A stretch of 64,000 nt of DNA from Chloroflexota bacterium (GTDB lineage: Bacteria; Chloroflexota; Anaerolineae; JAAYEA01): positions 67,353 through 131,352 of the forward strand of contig DAITVZ010000001.1 in the NCBI GenBank assembly GCA_036841525.1, given 5' to 3'. How positions within the stretch are numbered: the stretch's first letter is position 1; every line of letters starts with the position of its first letter. The notes beneath the pieces are model-generated. The model saw nothing but the letters and a program-made list of their open reading frames with translations. It searched no databases and was not told where the DNA came from. The position numbers were made by a program, and so were the translations under genes. Of the stretch, positions 17,462-26,183 are shown piece after piece.

Positions 17462-17833
17462 ATGGCAACGACGGAAGAACGGCTGCAAATCCTGAGAATG
17501 ATCCAGGCAGGCAAGATCAGCGCCGAGGAGGGGGAAAAGCTCATCGAGGCGTTGCGGGCCAAGGGCCAGCGGATGGAGGAGGATAGCGCTGCCCCCTCTC
17601 GCTGGCTGCGCATCCGCGTCTCGGATGCCCGCAGCGGCAAGAACAAGGTCAACGTCAACCTGCCGATGCGCCTGGTGGATATGGCGCTCAAGACCGCCAT
17701 CCGCTTCATCCCGGACTTGGAGGCGGAGGACCTGGAAGCGTTGCGCGTCACGCTGCGAAGCGGCGCGCAGGGCAAGGTCCTGGATGTGGACCAGGACGAG
17801 AACGACGAACATATCGAGATCTTTGTGGAGTGA
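17462..17833 (+). CDS. Hypothetical protein with an N-terminal SHOCT-like peptide (partner of the DUF4097 protein)
   Basis: ORF 17447-17833; the ATG at 17462 has a GGAGAAGG RBS. The N-terminus reads TEERLQILRMIQAGKISAEEGEKLIEALRA. Confidence 0.5.
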   Translation: MATTEERLQILRMIQAGKISAEEGEKLIEALRAKGQRMEEDSAAPSRWLRIRVSDARSGKNKVNVNLPMRLVDMALKTAIRFIPDLEAEDLEALRVTLRSGAQGKVLDVDQDENDEHIEIFVE

Positions 17834-17839
17834 GGGGAC

Positions 17840-18847
17840 ATGGAAACCAAATACGAGCGAAACGAGACCTTTCAGGTGGGGCCCAACTGCGAGCTGGATG
17901 CGCGGAATCTGCGCGGCTCCACCGACATTCAGGGCTGGGATGAGCAGCAGGTACAGGTGATGGCTCGGGTGCAGGGGCAAGAGAGCGCCGATCCGACCGA
18001 GCTCGAGATCGGCCAGGAGGGGGATCGCGTCTGGGCGCGCACCAAAACCATGGACGGCGAGTGGGACTGGCGCCGCTGGTTGGGCACCAAGCGCCCGCCG
18101 CGGGTGGATTTCGTGATCAAGGTCCCGCGCCGTTGCCAGGTCTCGACCTCCATGGTCAGCGGCACGACCCACGTGCAGGGGCTCGACGGTTCGCTCAAGC
18201 TGAGCACCGTGAGCGGCGATGGGACCATTCGGGACGTCTCCGGCCAGGTGTCGCTGAATAGCGTCAGCGGCGACATCAGCGCCGAGGGCCTGGCGGGGGA
18301 GGTCAGGCTCAATACCGTCTCGGGGGATCTGGTGATCGCGGCGAGCGAGCTCCCTTCTCTCCGGGGGAACACGGTGAGCGGCGATGTGCGGGTGGAGAGC
18401 CCGCTGAATCAGGAGGGCTACTATGGCCTGTCCAGCGTGAGCGGCGATCTGCGGCTGGTGGTGCCCGCGGATGCTCGCTGCACGGCCAGCCTGAGCACGG
18501 TGAGCGGCGGCCTGCGCACCTCGCTGGCGCACGAGGCGCTGGAGGAGAAGCGGACCCGCAAGCGGTATGCGATCCACGGCGGCGGGGTCACGGTGGAGCT
18601 GAGCAGCGTCAGCGGCGATCTGCGCATCGTCACCATGGAAGAAGCGGCGACGGTAGCCCCCGCGGCGCAAGCGGCGCAGCCGGCCCCAGCCGCGCCGGCG
18701 GCTCCGGCCGCGCCAGCCGCTCCGGCTGTGCCGGCGGACCCGGCCCCGCGGATGAGCCGCATGGACATCCTGCGCGCCATCGAATCGGGCGAGATGACGG
18801 TGCAAGCTGGCCTTGCCAAGCTAAACGAGCTGCCCTTCGAAGAGTGA
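17840..18847 (+). CDS. DUF4097 (YvlB/LiaG-like putative adhesin, beta-helix) protein with an Ala/Pro linker and a C-terminal SHOCT-like peptide
   Basis: A repeated xVSGDxxV/L beta-strand ladder runs through the protein (STVSGDGTI, NSVSGDISA, NTVSGDLVI, NTVSGDVRV, SSVSGDLRL). A low-complexity APAAPAAPAAPA linker follows. The C-terminus reads RMDILRAIESGEMTVQAGLAKLNEL. Confidence 0.65.
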   Translation: METKYERNETFQVGPNCELDARNLRGSTDIQGWDEQQVQVMARVQGQESADPTELEIGQEGDRVWARTKTMDGEWDWRRWLGTKRPPRVDFVIKVPRRCQVSTSMVSGTTHVQGLDGSLKLSTVSGDGTIRDVSGQVSLNSVSGDISAEGLAGEVRLNTVSGDLVIAASELPSLRGNTVSGDVRVESPLNQEGYYGLSSVSGDLRLVVPADARCTASLSTVSGGLRTSLAHEALEEKRTRKRYAIHGGGVTVELSSVSGDLRIVTMEEAATVAPAAQAAQPAPAAPAAPAAPAAPAVPADPAPRMSRMDILRAIESGEMTVQAGLAKLNELPFEE

Positions 18848-19014
18848 TCTGGCGCATCCGGCCTGGATCGCCAGGGTGCCGCAACCCGGCGGCGCGGACT
18901 GCGTATAGGTAGTAGACATGCGGGCCAGGGCGCTGCGCCCCGGCCCGCCATCTCGTTTTCTGTGGCCCTTACCGTCTGCTGGTTGGGGCGCCAACAGAGG
19001 AGTGGAGCGCGATC

Positions 19015-19401
19015 ATGAAGAGAGTCTGGGTCCGTTGGTTGATCAACGCCGTCGCCGTGTGGGCCGCGATCCAGATCGTGCCCGGCATCCGCGCCGAGGG
19101 CGATTGGGTGGTCATTGCCCTGGTGGGACTATTGCTGGGGCTGGTGAACACGTTCATCCGGCCCATCATCACTTTCCTGTCCTGTCCTCTGATGATGCTG
19201 ACCCTGGGGCTATTCACCCTGGTGGTCAACGCCGCCGTGCTGGGCATCACCAGTTGGCTGGCGCGCGCCTTGGGGCTGTCGTTTGTGGTGGATGGTTTTT
19301 GGGCGGCGCTGCTGGGCGGTTTGGTCATCAGTGTGGTCAGCGTGATCCTGAGCGCCTTCTTTTCCGATGACGACAAGGACCGCCGGGACCGGCGCCGGTA
19401 A
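19015..19401 (+). CDS. DUF360 / phage_holin_4_2 family membrane protein (YvlD-like)
   Basis: 128 aa with four TM segments; the sequence WLINAVAVWAAIQIVPGI...GLLLGLVNTFIRPI matches the family. GAGGAG RBS. Confidence 0.6.
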   Translation: MKRVWVRWLINAVAVWAAIQIVPGIRAEGDWVVIALVGLLLGLVNTFIRPIITFLSCPLMMLTLGLFTLVVNAAVLGITSWLARALGLSFVVDGFWAALLGGLVISVVSVILSAFFSDDDKDRRDRRR

Positions 19402-19425
19402 CCGTTGGCGCGAGACGCCCGCTAA

Positions 19426-19460
19426 GCGAGGTGGCATAGGATGCCGCCTCGCTTTTTGCT
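19426..19460 (+). terminator. Rho-independent terminator after the YvlD-like gene
   Basis: GC stem GCGAGGtGGCAtaggaTGCCgCCTCGC followed by TTTTTGCTT. Confidence 0.55.
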
Positions 19461-19582
19461 TCTCCGGGCGCCAGAGCAAAGATGCTTTGTCGCGCGGCTT
19501 GATGTGGCTATAATCCCCTCAACGCCGCGCTTCGCGGCAGAAGGATGGCCCGGCATCTGTGCATCGAGAGGAGGCCCTTGCG

Positions 19583-20956
19583 ATGGGGTTGCCAATAGAC
19601 CGGGGCAGGGCGCTAGAGTTCCTGGGAGGCGATGAGGCGGTCTATCAGGACTTGGTCTCTCTGCTGGCCGACCAGGCGCAACAGGATTTGGCCGCGCTGG
19701 AGGCGGCGGTGGCGGCGGGCGATGGCCGGGCCGTCGAGCGCGTGGCGCACGGACTCAAGGGCGCCGCGGCCAACCTGGCCGCCGATGCGGTGCAGGAGGC
19801 GGCGGCCGAGCTGGAGCAGGCGGGCTGGTCGCGCGATCTGGCCGCCGCGCCCGCCGGGCTGGCCGCGTTGCGGGATCGGGTGGGCGAGTTGGTGGCTTTT
19901 GCCAGGCAGTCATCGGCCGCTGCGGGGGACGCGCGGCCGGAGGAGCACGAAATGACGCTCAGGTGGGGGATTATCGGCTGCGGGAACGTGGCCGAGCACA
20001 AGGGGGGCCCGGCGCTGTATGGCGTGGCAGGGTCCGAGCTGGTGGCGGTGATGCGTCGCGATGTGGCCAAGGCCGCCGACTTTGCGCGGCGGCATGGCGC
20101 GCGGCGCTGGTATGACCAGGCCAGCGACCTGCTGGCGGATGCCGAGATCAATGCGGTGTACGTGGCGACGCCGGTCAGCACCCACCGGGGCTATACCCTG
20201 GCCGCGGCGGAAGCGGGCAAGCACGTGCTGTGCGAAAAGCCGATGGCCATGGACGTGGCCGAGTGCCGGGAGATGATCGCCGCCTGCCGAGCCAATGGGG
20301 TCATGCTGACCATCGCCTATTACCGGCGCTCCTACCCCGTGGTGCAGCGGATGAAGGCGGCGCTGGCCGAGGGTCTGATCGGACGGCCCATGCTCGCGCG
20401 TATCAACCTGACCTCCTATTCCCAGCCCACCGACGTTCGCGCGCCGGGGGCCTGGCGCACCGACCCGGACACCGCGGGCGGCGGCGTGTTGTTCGACGTC
20501 GGCAGCCATCGCCTGGACGTGCTCAACTATCTGTTGGGCCCGGCGGCGGAGGTGGCGGCGATGTGCGAGAACACGCTGGGCCATTACCAGGTGGAGGACG
20601 CGGCGGTGCTCTGCCTCAAGCTGGCCAGCGGCGTTCACGGCGTCGCCAATTTCGGCTGGAACGTGGGCAGCGACAGCGACGAGTTCGAGATCTATGGCGC
20701 CGAGGGCAAGATGCTGGCGCGCACGTTGGAGGGCGGCCATCTGGAGATCTATCGCGGCCGTGAGCTCGTCGAGACGTTTGACCAGCCGCGGCACAAGGTG
20801 ACGCACTGGGGGCTGGTGGAGAACATGGTGGCGGCGGCGTCCACCGGCGCGCCGCTGCTTTGCTCCGGCGAGGATGGGTTGGTCACCAGCCAGTTGATGG
20901 AAGCGGCCTACCTTTCCGCGCGGGAGCGGCGGACCATCGGCGTGGCCTCCGGCTGA
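19583..20956 (+). CDS. Fusion protein: N-terminal Hpt (histidine phosphotransfer) domain + Gfo/Idh/MocA-family NAD(P)-dependent oxidoreductase
   Basis: ORF 19559-20956 is continuous and in frame. The ATG at 19583 has a GAGAGGAGG RBS. The Hpt domain reads LPIDRGRALEFLGGDEAVYQDLVSLLADQAQQDLAALEAAVAAGDGRAVERVAHGLKGAAANLAADAVQEAAAELEQAG and includes the HxLKG phospho-His motif. The oxidoreductase begins at MTLRWGIIGCGNVAEHK (Rossmann fold) and contains EKPMA. Confidence 0.6.
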   Translation: MGLPIDRGRALEFLGGDEAVYQDLVSLLADQAQQDLAALEAAVAAGDGRAVERVAHGLKGAAANLAADAVQEAAAELEQAGWSRDLAAAPAGLAALRDRVGELVAFARQSSAAAGDARPEEHEMTLRWGIIGCGNVAEHKGGPALYGVAGSELVAVMRRDVAKAADFARRHGARRWYDQASDLLADAEINAVYVATPVSTHRGYTLAAAEAGKHVLCEKPMAMDVAECREMIAACRANGVMLTIAYYRRSYPVVQRMKAALAEGLIGRPMLARINLTSYSQPTDVRAPGAWRTDPDTAGGGVLFDVGSHRLDVLNYLLGPAAEVAAMCENTLGHYQVEDAAVLCLKLASGVHGVANFGWNVGSDSDEFEIYGAEGKMLARTLEGGHLEIYRGRELVETFDQPRHKVTHWGLVENMVAAASTGAPLLCSGEDGLVTSQLMEAAYLSARERRTIGVASG

Positions 20957-20979
20957 GCGCGCGAGGTGTGGCGCGGCCC

Positions 20980-22578
20980 TCAGCTCTCCCGCTGCAGGAC
21001 CAACACCCAGTCCTGATAGATGGGCATCCGGGGCAGCGGGAGGAGCCAGTTGCCGTCGTCGTCGGGCTCGACCCGGCCTATCTCTACCTCGCTGCCGTCC
21101 ACCGGGTTGAAGAGGTAGGCGTGGTAGTGGGCGCCAGGCTCGATGGACTGGACGGTGAAGGGCCATTTGCCGAGGGGGATATAGGCGACGCGCACCTCGC
21201 CGGGGATCCCGGCAGCGTAGGGCAGCAAATAGTCCTCCGTCGTCCAGTGAGGCTCGATCCACTCGGGATGGGGCTCAAAGCGCCACCATTCAAACCGCTC
21301 CAGCAGCCGCTTGGCCAGCCCGAGCTGGCCTGAGCCCGGCAACTGGCAGGCTTCCTCCCAGGGGGTGTGGCCCCAGGACATGCCATGCGGCGACGGGCCA
21401 TAGGGCTGCTCGCGCGAGTTGACTTGCCAGATGCCGTTGGCGCCGTAGGTGTGGCCGGCCGCGCCGGATAGCACGCACGCCCAGAACATGAGCCGCTGGA
21501 CCTCCTGCCGGCAGGCTTCCCCGATCCCCTCGTAGCAGACCTCGCTGTTCAGCATAGGCATCCGCGGCTCGGCCGCATAGTCCTCGGTGACCCACTTGAG
21601 GGTCCTGGGCAGGCTGCGGCGATCGCCGTGGCCGGTTTGCAGCATGTCCAAGTCCAGGATGCCTTGATCCTCCACCACCTGCCGGGCCGAATTGCTGGGG
21701 TGGATGGTCACCAGGCGGTCATAGGGATCGATGGCGTGGAGGTAGCGCCCCAGCTCGGTCCAGCCGCGCCTCTGGAACGCGCTATCGCCCTCCTTGTCTT
21801 CCGAGAGGTAGTAAGGCATGTGGCCCTCGCCGGCGAGACACCAGACGACGGGATAGGCGCCATAGCGGGCCACCAGGTAGCGCCAGTGCTGCTTCATTTT
21901 GGCTATGCCCATCCACGGCAAAAAGTAGCCCCAGCAGCCGACGATGCACGGCGCCAGGCCCCGGTCCGCCAGCCAGCCGATGCGCGCGTCGGCCATGTCA
22001 AAGTAAACGGGGTTGATCCGCGCGAAATCCCTCTCCCAAGGGAAGCCCGCCTCATTGGCCCCGCGCTCGTCGCGCCAGGGCATATCGGGGTACAGCCCGG
22101 CCACGATTTGCACGACCGTAAAGCCCTTGGCTACCCGGTCGGCGGTGAGGGCTTGGAAGCCTGTCGGCCAGCTCAGCCGTTGGCACAGGCCCATCCACCA
22201 GGTGTCCCCCAGCCAGAAGAAGGGCGTGCCGTCCCGGTGCTGCAAGTGCCGGCGGCTGGCCGACACGACGATGGGGCCGTGGCGGAGCAACGGATTGGAT
22301 CCCTGGTAAGCGGTGACCAGCAGCTCGCCCTCCAGGCCGTGCAGGTCTGGGTTAGCGGCGTCGGAGCAGCAGGTGCGGTAGCGGTGGAGCCCCAATTCCG
22401 ACGAGGAATAGCGCACCCGCCAGGTTTGCTCACCCGCCCAGAAGGCCGGAACGCGCCGTTCCTGGCCCTTTGGGTCGGTCACGATGAGATCCAGCTCGAT
22501 CTCGTTGAATGGATCGCGATAGGCCTTGCCCGAGGCGTAGGCCCACTCGGTGACGCCGTATTGTTGGACGGTCTTCAT
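20980..22578 (-). CDS. DUF4038 / DUF5060-type glycoside hydrolase (GH140-like)
   Basis: ORF 20980-22851. The ATG at 22578 has a GGGGGAGGGAG RBS (MKTVQQYGVTEWAYASGKAY). The sequence is Trp-rich TIM-barrel-like (FFWLGDTWWMG...). Confidence 0.6.
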   Translation of the reverse strand: MKTVQQYGVTEWAYASGKAYRDPFNEIELDLIVTDPKGQERRVPAFWAGEQTWRVRYSSSELGLHRYRTCCSDAANPDLHGLEGELLVTAYQGSNPLLRHGPIVVSASRRHLQHRDGTPFFWLGDTWWMGLCQRLSWPTGFQALTADRVAKGFTVVQIVAGLYPDMPWRDERGANEAGFPWERDFARINPVYFDMADARIGWLADRGLAPCIVGCWGYFLPWMGIAKMKQHWRYLVARYGAYPVVWCLAGEGHMPYYLSEDKEGDSAFQRRGWTELGRYLHAIDPYDRLVTIHPSNSARQVVEDQGILDLDMLQTGHGDRRSLPRTLKWVTEDYAAEPRMPMLNSEVCYEGIGEACRQEVQRLMFWACVLSGAAGHTYGANGIWQVNSREQPYGPSPHGMSWGHTPWEEACQLPGSGQLGLAKRLLERFEWWRFEPHPEWIEPHWTTEDYLLPYAAGIPGEVRVAYIPLGKWPFTVQSIEPGAHYHAYLFNPVDGSEVEIGRVEPDDDGNWLLPLPRMPIYQDWVLVLQRES

Positions 22579-22844
22579 GTCGACTCCCTCCCCCGCAGTC
22601 GGTTCAGAACGAGCGAGATCCGTGCGAACGGCAGTCGGTGGGCCCAATCTCCCCCGCCGCAGCCTAGTTATCTGCCTTCGGCTAGTCACGGGCCGCCGTC
22701 GTGTCATGCAGCGCGCGCCCGGCCGGGAGGGCTTGCGCCCACGCCTGGTCCCATTGGGATACTCTACCACAGTCGGGCCAGAGACGCAATGCGGGGCGGC
22801 ACGCCAAGGCGACTGACGATTTGGCACAAACCCTTGCGCGGCAC

Positions 22845-22891
22845 TTGACATCTCTGCGCAACCTGCCTATACTAGATGCTATATAATATAG
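22845..22891 (+). promoter_or_regulatory. Near-consensus sigma70 promoter (TTGACA-17-TATACT) with a perfect 13-bp AT palindrome CTATATAATATAG at the predicted transcription start, upstream of the GntR gene
   Basis: TTGACA at 22845-22850, a 17-nt spacer, TATACT at 22868-22873, and the palindrome at 22879-22891. Confidence 0.5.
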
Positions 22892-22920
22892 AGTTCTGTG
22901 ATACTTCCGAGGCGCCGCCC

Positions 22921-23610
22921 ATGGCCTTGAGCCACATCGAGCCCGTCAGCCTGCTGCCCCAACGCGTTGCCGATCATCTGCGCGAGGCCATCATCCGCGG
23001 GCAGTTCAAGCCCGGGGACCGATTGAAGGAAGTCGAGATCGCGACGCAGCTCGGCGTCAGCACGATCCCCGTGCGCGAGGCCTTCGCCCAGTTGGAGCGC
23101 GAGGGCCTGATCACCGCGCATCCGCGCCGAGGCAAGGCGGTGCGCCAGCTAAACGCGCAGGACCTGCGCGACCTGTGCCGGTTGCGCGCCGTGCTGGAGG
23201 CCGAAGCCTATGCCATGATTCACAAAGGGGGCGGCTTGGGCCAGACGGCTCGGGCCGAGTTGGCAGGCAACCTCGCGGAGGAGGGACGCGCGATCCGCGC
23301 CGGGGATTTGCCCCGAGCTGTGGAGCTAGACCTCGCCTTTCACGACGCCATCTACCGCGAGGCGGGTTCCGAGTTGTTGCTCGAGATGTGGCGGATCCTC
23401 CGGGCTCGCGTCAACATGGTCTTGGTCTGGAGATGGCACATCGAGGCCAGCCCGAAGGTCACCAATGCGCTCACGGACCATGCGCGGATCCTCGAGGCGT
23501 TGTGCGGAGACGACCTCGCGGCGCTGCAAGAGCTCGCTGAACAGGTCAATCAACGCGTATCCGACCAGCTTGTCTCTGGCCTGAGCGAATCGACCATGAT
23601 AGCCAGGTAA
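22921..23610 (+). CDS. GntR family transcriptional regulator (FadR/FCD subfamily)
   Basis: ORF 22876-23610 with an ATG at about 22921. The N-terminal winged HTH (LKEVEIATQLGVSTIPVREAFAQLEREGLI) is followed by a C-terminal all-alpha FCD domain. Confidence 0.7.
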   Translation: MALSHIEPVSLLPQRVADHLREAIIRGQFKPGDRLKEVEIATQLGVSTIPVREAFAQLEREGLITAHPRRGKAVRQLNAQDLRDLCRLRAVLEAEAYAMIHKGGGLGQTARAELAGNLAEEGRAIRAGDLPRAVELDLAFHDAIYREAGSELLLEMWRILRARVNMVLVWRWHIEASPKVTNALTDHARILEALCGDDLAALQELAEQVNQRVSDQLVSGLSESTMIAR

Positions 23611-23736
23611 GAGCGGAATGGGCAAGCAGGTTGCCAAAGGAGGATGAGAGGGGGACGAGAGCATACCGAGGTTGTTGTGCTCTGCTTTGCGGCTCAGCGA
23701 TAGGACCGATCTGTGGGAAAGGAAAGGCAACGAGAA

Positions 23737-25761
23737 ATGAGCAAACTGAATCGACGCGCCTTCTTGAGGGGCTCCGCCATGCTGGCTGGGGTCCTGGCGG
23801 CAAGCTGCGCGCAGCCGACGCCGCTGGTGGTCGAAAAAGAAGTGCCCGTGGAAAAGGTCGTCAAAGAGACGGTGGTGGTGCAGAAAGAGGTGGCGGTGGA
23901 AAAGGTGGTCACCGCCACGCCGGTCACGATGAAGTACAAAGAGGCCCCGATGCTCGCCGGCCTGGTCCAGGCCGGCAAGCTCCCGCCAGTCGATCAGCGG
24001 CTGCCCCCCTCGCCCATGGTGATCAAGCCTTGGGAAGAGATCGGGCAGTACGGCGGCACCTGGCACCGGCTCTCCACGTCTCCGGATGACATCCGCATCC
24101 CCGATCGTCTCGTCTACGAGTTCCTGATCCGCTGGAACAAGGACGCGACCGAGACGTATCCCAATGTGCTGGAAAAGTGGGAAGCGAACGCCGACTTTAC
24201 CGAGTGGACGTTCACCATGCGCAAGGGGATCCGGTGGTCAGACGGCGAGCCCTACACCACGGCGGATATCGGCTACTATTTCGAGGATATCCTCACCAAT
24301 AAGGACCTGACGCCGACGTACCCTTACTATTTCACGGCCGGTGACGCGCCCGCCAAGTTCACGCGCGTGGACGACCAGACCTACAAGCTGGGCTTTGTCG
24401 CGCCCTATCCGTCCCTGGGGCTCGCCCTGGCCGGCTCCGATCCGCGCGAGCACAGCATGCACCCGAAGCATTATGCCAGCCAGTTCCACCCCAAGTACGC
24501 GGATGCCGCCAAGCTGGCGGCCATGACCAAGGAAGCCGGGTTCGAGTTCTGGTACCAGCTCTACGGCAACAAGGCCCGCGGAGGCGCCGCCTTCAAGGGC
24601 AACCTGGACTTTCCTGTGATCAACGCCTGGCGCGTCACGGTTCCCCCGCCCAAGATGCCAACCGTGCTGGAGCGCAACCCCTACTATTGGAAAGTGGATC
24701 CAGAGGGGAATCAGCTTCCGTACATCGACCGGATGGAGCATATGGTGGTGCAGGGCGCGGACCAGGTTAACTTGCGGGCCATCGCCGGTGAAGTGGACAT
24801 GCAGATGCGCCACTTGACCTTCAACAACTATCCGCTCTTTATGGAGAGCAAGGAGAAGGGCGACTATCGCATCCTGCTGTGGACCAAGGGTTACGCCTCC
24901 GACGCCGTGCTGTACATCAACTTTTGGGCCAAGGATGACGTGCTCAGGCAGCTCTTCAACGACAAGCGCTTCCGCTACGCGCTCTCGCTGGGCATCAACC
25001 GCCAGGAGATCATCGACGGCGTGTACCTGGGCGTGACCGAGCCCAAGCAGATCAGCCCGAACGAGGACTCGCCTTTCTACTGGGACGAGTGGGCCAAGTG
25101 GATGACCGAGTACGACCCGGACCGGGCCAACGCCTACATCGACGAGATCGGGCTGGTCAACAAGCGGGATAGCGAGGGCTATCGCCTGCGGCCAGACGGG
25201 AAGCGGCTGGCGATCGAGTTCTTGTGGTCACCGGTCTTTGGCGCGTGGGGCGACATCGGCACCCTGTACCAGGCGCACTGGAAAAAGCTGGGCATCGAGC
25301 TGACCGTCAATCAGGTCTCGCGCGAGCTGCGCGACGAGCGCAAGGACGCCCTGGACTATGAGCTCAACGTCTGGACGGCGGATGGCACGACCAACCCCTT
25401 CACCCAGACCGGGCTCGACTTTTACACCTGCCGGGAAGCCATGTTCGAGAACACCGTGGCGCTCTGGGTCGACACCAAGGGCAAGGAGGGCAAAGAGCCC
25501 ACCCCCGAGATGTTGGCGGCGACCAAGCTGCGTGACGAGTTCCTGGCGGCGACCACCATGGACCAATGGAAGGCGATCTTCCGCAAGGCCCTGGAGATCC
25601 AGAAGGAGAACCTCTGGGTCATCGCGCCCTGCACGGCCTCGCCGGAAGTGGTCGTGGTCAAGAACAATTTCCGCAACGTACCCGAGGAGGCCGTCAGCGA
25701 CTGGCAGTACATGACCCCGGGCAACACCATGACGGAGCAGTACTTTATCAGGCAGAGCTAG
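23737..25761 (+). CDS. ABC transporter solute-binding protein (family 5, oligopeptide/oligosaccharide type), TAT-signal lipoprotein with a (V/E/K)-repeat linker
   Basis: ORF 23713-25761; the ATG at 23737 has an AAGGAAAGG RBS. Twin-arginine signal plus lipobox (NRRAFLRGSAMLAGVLAASCAQ). The linker reads VVEKEVPVEKVVKETVVVQKEVAVEKVV. The remainder is a typical SBP_bac_5 body. Confidence 0.8.
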   Translation: MSKLNRRAFLRGSAMLAGVLAASCAQPTPLVVEKEVPVEKVVKETVVVQKEVAVEKVVTATPVTMKYKEAPMLAGLVQAGKLPPVDQRLPPSPMVIKPWEEIGQYGGTWHRLSTSPDDIRIPDRLVYEFLIRWNKDATETYPNVLEKWEANADFTEWTFTMRKGIRWSDGEPYTTADIGYYFEDILTNKDLTPTYPYYFTAGDAPAKFTRVDDQTYKLGFVAPYPSLGLALAGSDPREHSMHPKHYASQFHPKYADAAKLAAMTKEAGFEFWYQLYGNKARGGAAFKGNLDFPVINAWRVTVPPPKMPTVLERNPYYWKVDPEGNQLPYIDRMEHMVVQGADQVNLRAIAGEVDMQMRHLTFNNYPLFMESKEKGDYRILLWTKGYASDAVLYINFWAKDDVLRQLFNDKRFRYALSLGINRQEIIDGVYLGVTEPKQISPNEDSPFYWDEWAKWMTEYDPDRANAYIDEIGLVNKRDSEGYRLRPDGKRLAIEFLWSPVFGAWGDIGTLYQAHWKKLGIELTVNQVSRELRDERKDALDYELNVWTADGTTNPFTQTGLDFYTCREAMFENTVALWVDTKGKEGKEPTPEMLAATKLRDEFLAATTMDQWKAIFRKALEIQKENLWVIAPCTASPEVVVVKNNFRNVPEEAVSDWQYMTPGNTMTEQYFIRQS

Positions 25762-25785
25762 CCTCTGTCCAGCACAGTGAGCACA

Positions 25786-25824
25786 CCGGCCCGCCTCTTG
25801 CCGAGGCGGGCCGGTGCTGTCTTG
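25786..25824 (+). terminator. Terminator hairpin after the solute-binding protein gene
   Basis: Stem CCGGCCCGCCTCttgccGAGGCGGGCCGG followed by tgctgtcttg. Confidence 0.5.
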
Positions 25825-25838
25825 CGTGGAGCCGCCGA

Positions 25839-25868
25839 TTTGACAGGGGGGCGTTTTAGCGTAAAATA
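25839..25868 (+). promoter_or_regulatory. Putative promoter (TTGACA-18-TAAAAT) upstream of tRNA-Lys
   Basis: The sequence reads TTGACAggggggcgttttagcgTAAAAT and lies about 65 nt upstream of the tRNA 5' end. Confidence 0.4.
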
Positions 25869-25933
25869 AAGCACGTCCCTGGGGTGGTCGTGGCCATGGT
25901 GACATGGCTCCCGTTCCATGCCTCGGGCATCTT

Positions 25934-26006
<73 letters not shown>

Positions 26007-26183
26007 CAAATCACAATCTATTGTGCCCAAGGCGCAGGCTCCTGCTACCAGTAGTGGTAGTGGGAGCTTTTGCATATGTGCCACCTGCACCAGAGCCCAC
26101 GGACTGACCAGGATTGGGCCGCGGTTCTGACAGACGGCGAGACGCCGCCCGAGGCGCCTAACGGGCGTACTCGGGCACTCGCT

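Noticed and set aside
18650-18730. GCGCCGGC(G/T)GCTCCGGCC-type short tandem DNA repeats
   Set aside because: They encode the Ala-Pro linker (APAAPAAPAAPA) of the DUF4097 protein. They are not a CRISPR array and not intergenic.
14205-18805. Very long minus-strand ORFs (14205-16010, 15743-17434, 17441-18805) antisense to the SHOCT/GNAT/MFS/DUF4097 genes
   Set aside because: They are Arg/Gly/Pro/His-rich and featureless. This is typical GC-bias antisense open frames, while the plus-strand genes carry clear domains and RBSs.
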